Below are positions 8,445-10,578 of a stretch of 10,578 nt of DNA, piece after piece. This DNA comes from Rhodothermales bacterium (lineage in GTDB: Bacteria; Bacteroidota; Rhodothermia; Rhodothermales; VXPQ01). Position numbers and translations under genes: made by a program. Position 1 is the first letter of the stretch; the number at the start of each line of letters is the position of its first letter. The notes under the pieces are model-generated. The model worked only from the letters and a program-made list of their open reading frames with translations, searched no databases and was not told the origin of the DNA. The stretch is from NCBI GenBank assembly GCA_040904565.1, contig JBBDTI010000067.1:90442-101019 (forward strand), in the 5' to 3' direction.

Positions 8445-9371
8445 TTATTCCGGCGATATATCGAGCAGGCCGTAGAGGGCCGGGAGCATCCGGCGGACGC
8501 TCTCATAGCCTTCCTGAACGGTGGATCGCCCGCTGGCAAAGTCAAGCATATCTACGTGGCCCACGCGCGGGGATATGAGAATGTCGGGCGGATCTCCTGC
8601 GAGCCGGCTGAGGCTGATCCGATCCTGCATGATTCCCAGGGACGCGGTGAGCACCTGGATGAAGGTAGGTTCGTCGGGTCGAGCGGCTTCGGAATCTTTC
8701 GTCTCAGGAATCCAGGAAAGGTATTTCTCGATGCGAGAGAGCCACGGCATATCCGATTCGAGGGCATCTGGATGAAGATTTTTCGGTTCGCGCCGCGTAC
8801 GTCTCAACCGGTTGCTGTTGACATCAACGGCGATGACGATATCGGCGCCCAGTGCACGGCAGACATTGACGGGAACGGGATTCACGAGGCCGCCGTCGGC
8901 GAGGAGGCGACCGTCCAGTTCGACGGGCGTAAACAGGCCCGGAAACGAGATGGAAGCCCTGATGGCCCCGAGCAAGGGGCCCTGCCGCAGCCACACCTCC
9001 GTGCCATTATCGAGATCGGTTGCAACGGCCGCAAAAGGTTTGGCGAGCGCCGCGATATCGTGCTCGCCCACATGCTTCTGGTAATACTCCATGAGCCGGT
9101 CTCCACGGATCGCGCCGCCGCCTGCGACGGTGACGTCGACATAGGAAAGCACGTCGAACGGGGACAGACGCCCGACCCACGTCTCGAGATCCTCGAGACG
9201 GCCCGCTACGTAGAGTCCGCCGACCAGCGCGCCAATGGACGTTCCGCAGACGATATCGGGCTCGATGTCATGCTCGGCCAGTGCTGAAAGGACGCCGATG
9301 TGCGCCCAGCCGCGAGCCGCGCCGCCGCCCAGTGCGATGCCGAGCTTCCGGTTCTGTTTGAGAAAGGGCAT
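8445..9371 (-). CDS. Patatin-like phospholipase (RssA/NTE family)
   Basis: Oxyanion motif LGGGAARG, nucleophile GTSIG, ASISFPG and catalytic DGG, plus a C-terminal SRLAGDPPDILISP as in RssA-like proteins. Start moved from 9515 to ATG 9371 (MPFLKQNRKLGIALGGG). Confidence 0.93.
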   Translation of the reverse strand: MPFLKQNRKLGIALGGGAARGWAHIGVLSALAEHDIEPDIVCGTSIGALVGGLYVAGRLEDLETWVGRLSPFDVLSYVDVTVAGGGAIRGDRLMEYYQKHVGEHDIAALAKPFAAVATDLDNGTEVWLRQGPLLGAIRASISFPGLFTPVELDGRLLADGGLVNPVPVNVCRALGADIVIAVDVNSNRLRRTRREPKNLHPDALESDMPWLSRIEKYLSWIPETKDSEAARPDEPTFIQVLTASLGIMQDRISLSRLAGDPPDILISPRVGHVDMLDFASGRSTVQEGYESVRRMLPALYGLLDISPE

Positions 9372-9410
9372 GGAACGTTCGATCAGGGATAACTGTGATA
9401 GGAAAGTGTA

Positions 9411-9416
9411 AGTATA
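9411..9416 (-). promoter_or_regulatory. Possible sigma70-type -10 element for the patatin gene
   Basis: TATACT (5/6 match to TATAAT) about 40 nt upstream of ATG 9371 in an AT-richer patch. No convincing -35. Confidence 0.35.
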
Positions 9417-9536
9417 CGGCGGACGGCCCCGCCTCGCTTGCCAGGCTGCTCGGCCGACGGCAGGGACTCCGGGAACGGGTCCTGGAGGGGCATTATCTTG
9501 CGCCGTGGAGCCCATTCACCAGCAGTAGCCCTCGAC

Positions 9537-9881
9537 ATGTCTCAGAAACGCGCTTCCGACGAAACCGTCATCGTAGCCAGGTACATGTCCAGGCACGATG
9601 CCGAAATGGCCAAGAGTTTCCTGGAAGATCAGGGGATCGCGTCGTTCGTAGCGGCTGACGACACGCACGTTCCCCTTCAGCTCACGGAAGGTGCGCGGTT
9701 GATGGTGATGGGCGACACCGCTGCGACCGCCCGGGAGGCGCTGGCGGACGCCGAGATGCTTCCTGCTGGTGGGGAAGAAGATCCTGCGGGCGAGGCCACA
9801 TCGTCGAGGAGCTTTTACCTGGCCGTTTTTGCGTTGCTCCTGGTGCTGATTGTGCTGACCTATCTGCGCTACGGGTTGTAA
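9537..9881 (+). CDS. DUF2007-like (putative signal-transducing) domain protein with C-terminal membrane anchor
   Basis: VIVARYMSRHDAEMAKSFLEDQGIASFVAAD...GARLMV...AATAREAL fits the DUF2007 pattern. C-terminal FYLAVFALLLVLIVLTYL is a TM helix. Start set at ATG 9537. Confidence 0.78.
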   Translation: MSQKRASDETVIVARYMSRHDAEMAKSFLEDQGIASFVAADDTHVPLQLTEGARLMVMGDTAATAREALADAEMLPAGGEEDPAGEATSSRSFYLAVFALLLVLIVLTYLRYGL

Positions 9882-9981
9882 TCGTTCGGCCGTCTGTCGC
9901 GGAAGGCCGCATTCGATCGGGTCATTCGCCGCCGAAGGCCGTATACCATCGTCCAGTCGGCTACTGTCGGTTGCCTGCGGA

Positions 9982-10491
9982 TTACTCCACTGCCTCGTCC
10001 AGCAGCGCACGCGCGGCAGCGACGGGCGGTTGGGCACGTTTCAGGCTGGTGCGTGCCTCCTCAAGGTTGTCGTCCGCGGCGGCGGACCAGGCGCGCTTGA
10101 TCTGGCGCTCGCATGCCGCGAACCGGTCCATCAGCCTCGCATAACGCGCTACGGCCAGCCGGGCTATGAGCCGCGATCGGCCCGGCGGAGAACTAGTCCA
10201 CCGGCCGTCAACCCGCCCACCGAGAGAACGAACAGCCACCACAGATCCCATCTGGCGAAGCTGAATTCCCGCACGCGGACGCGCTCGACGCACGGCGGCT
10301 ATGGCCGATCCGCCGATGGTGAATCCGATCTTCAGCCCCGCGTACGTGATCGCGGCATTCATGACGATCCCCACCGCAATGGCGGAAACGATCGCACTGA
10401 CCGTTATCTCCCGGTAAGATGAAGGCGGCGTGGTGGGATTCCCGCCTCGACCCGTCGCGTTGGACGGGTCGTTCAGGTCCGAGCCGCGCAT
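9982..10491 (-). pseudogene. Truncated OPT-family oligopeptide transporter N-terminus fused to remnants of another gene
   Basis: YREITVSAIVSAIAVGIVMNAAITYAGLKIGFTIGGSAIAAV is an OPT N-terminus, but similarity stops at ~10291 after 67 codons (OPTs are normally >500 aa). The next ~110 nt read better in another frame, and the final ~65 codons look like a different helical protein. Confidence 0.75.
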
Positions 10492-10492
10492 C

Positions 10493-10578
10493 CTATGCAG
10501 GCGTTTCGGCGAGCTCGTATTCCTCGACGCGCTTGTCGCCGATCATGCCCTCCGTGTTTCGGGCGAATTCGTGGAAGT
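10493..10578 (-). CDS. 3' end of an unidentified gene running off the window
   Basis: Open frame ...FHEFARNTEGMIGDKRVEEYELAETPA* with mostly G/C-ending codons. TAG (10493-10495) sits 1 nt before the OPT-fragment ATG, suggesting an operon. Confidence 0.65.
   Translation of the reverse strand, partial: FHEFARNTEGMIGDKRVEEYELAETPA

Noticed and set aside
9372-9536. N-terminal extensions of the patatin (to 9515) and DUF2007-like (from 9438) ORFs
   Set aside because: They would overlap head to head and lack domain character. Better read as a divergent promoter region.

Overview
GC-rich bacterial window of mostly housekeeping and envelope genes. The gene style suggests a Rhodothermota/Bacteroidota-like organism, but that is only an impression. 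Gene order: (+) ABC-2-type ATPase; (+) ABC-2 permease carrying an extra TM helix, a ~155-aa acidic linker and an unrecognised C-terminal domain; (-) DedA/VTT membrane protein; (-) enolase-superfamily sugar-acid dehydratase (ManD/RspA subgroup) with a Tat-like signal; (+) small coiled-coil protein; (+) YceI; (-) DEAD-box RNA helicase, with a terminator downstream and a 420-nt hairpin-dense region upstream; (-) patatin-like phospholipase; (+) DUF2007-like protein; (-) a collapsed chimera made of an OPT-transporter N-terminus and pieces of another gene; and the 3' end of a gene at the right edge. I found no rRNA, tRNA, CRISPR array or mobile element. The best leads are the candidate structured leader/attenuator of the helicase, the permease architecture, the three-part chimera and the apparently exported dehydratase. 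None is a demonstrated new system. All family calls come from motif recognition, not database searches.
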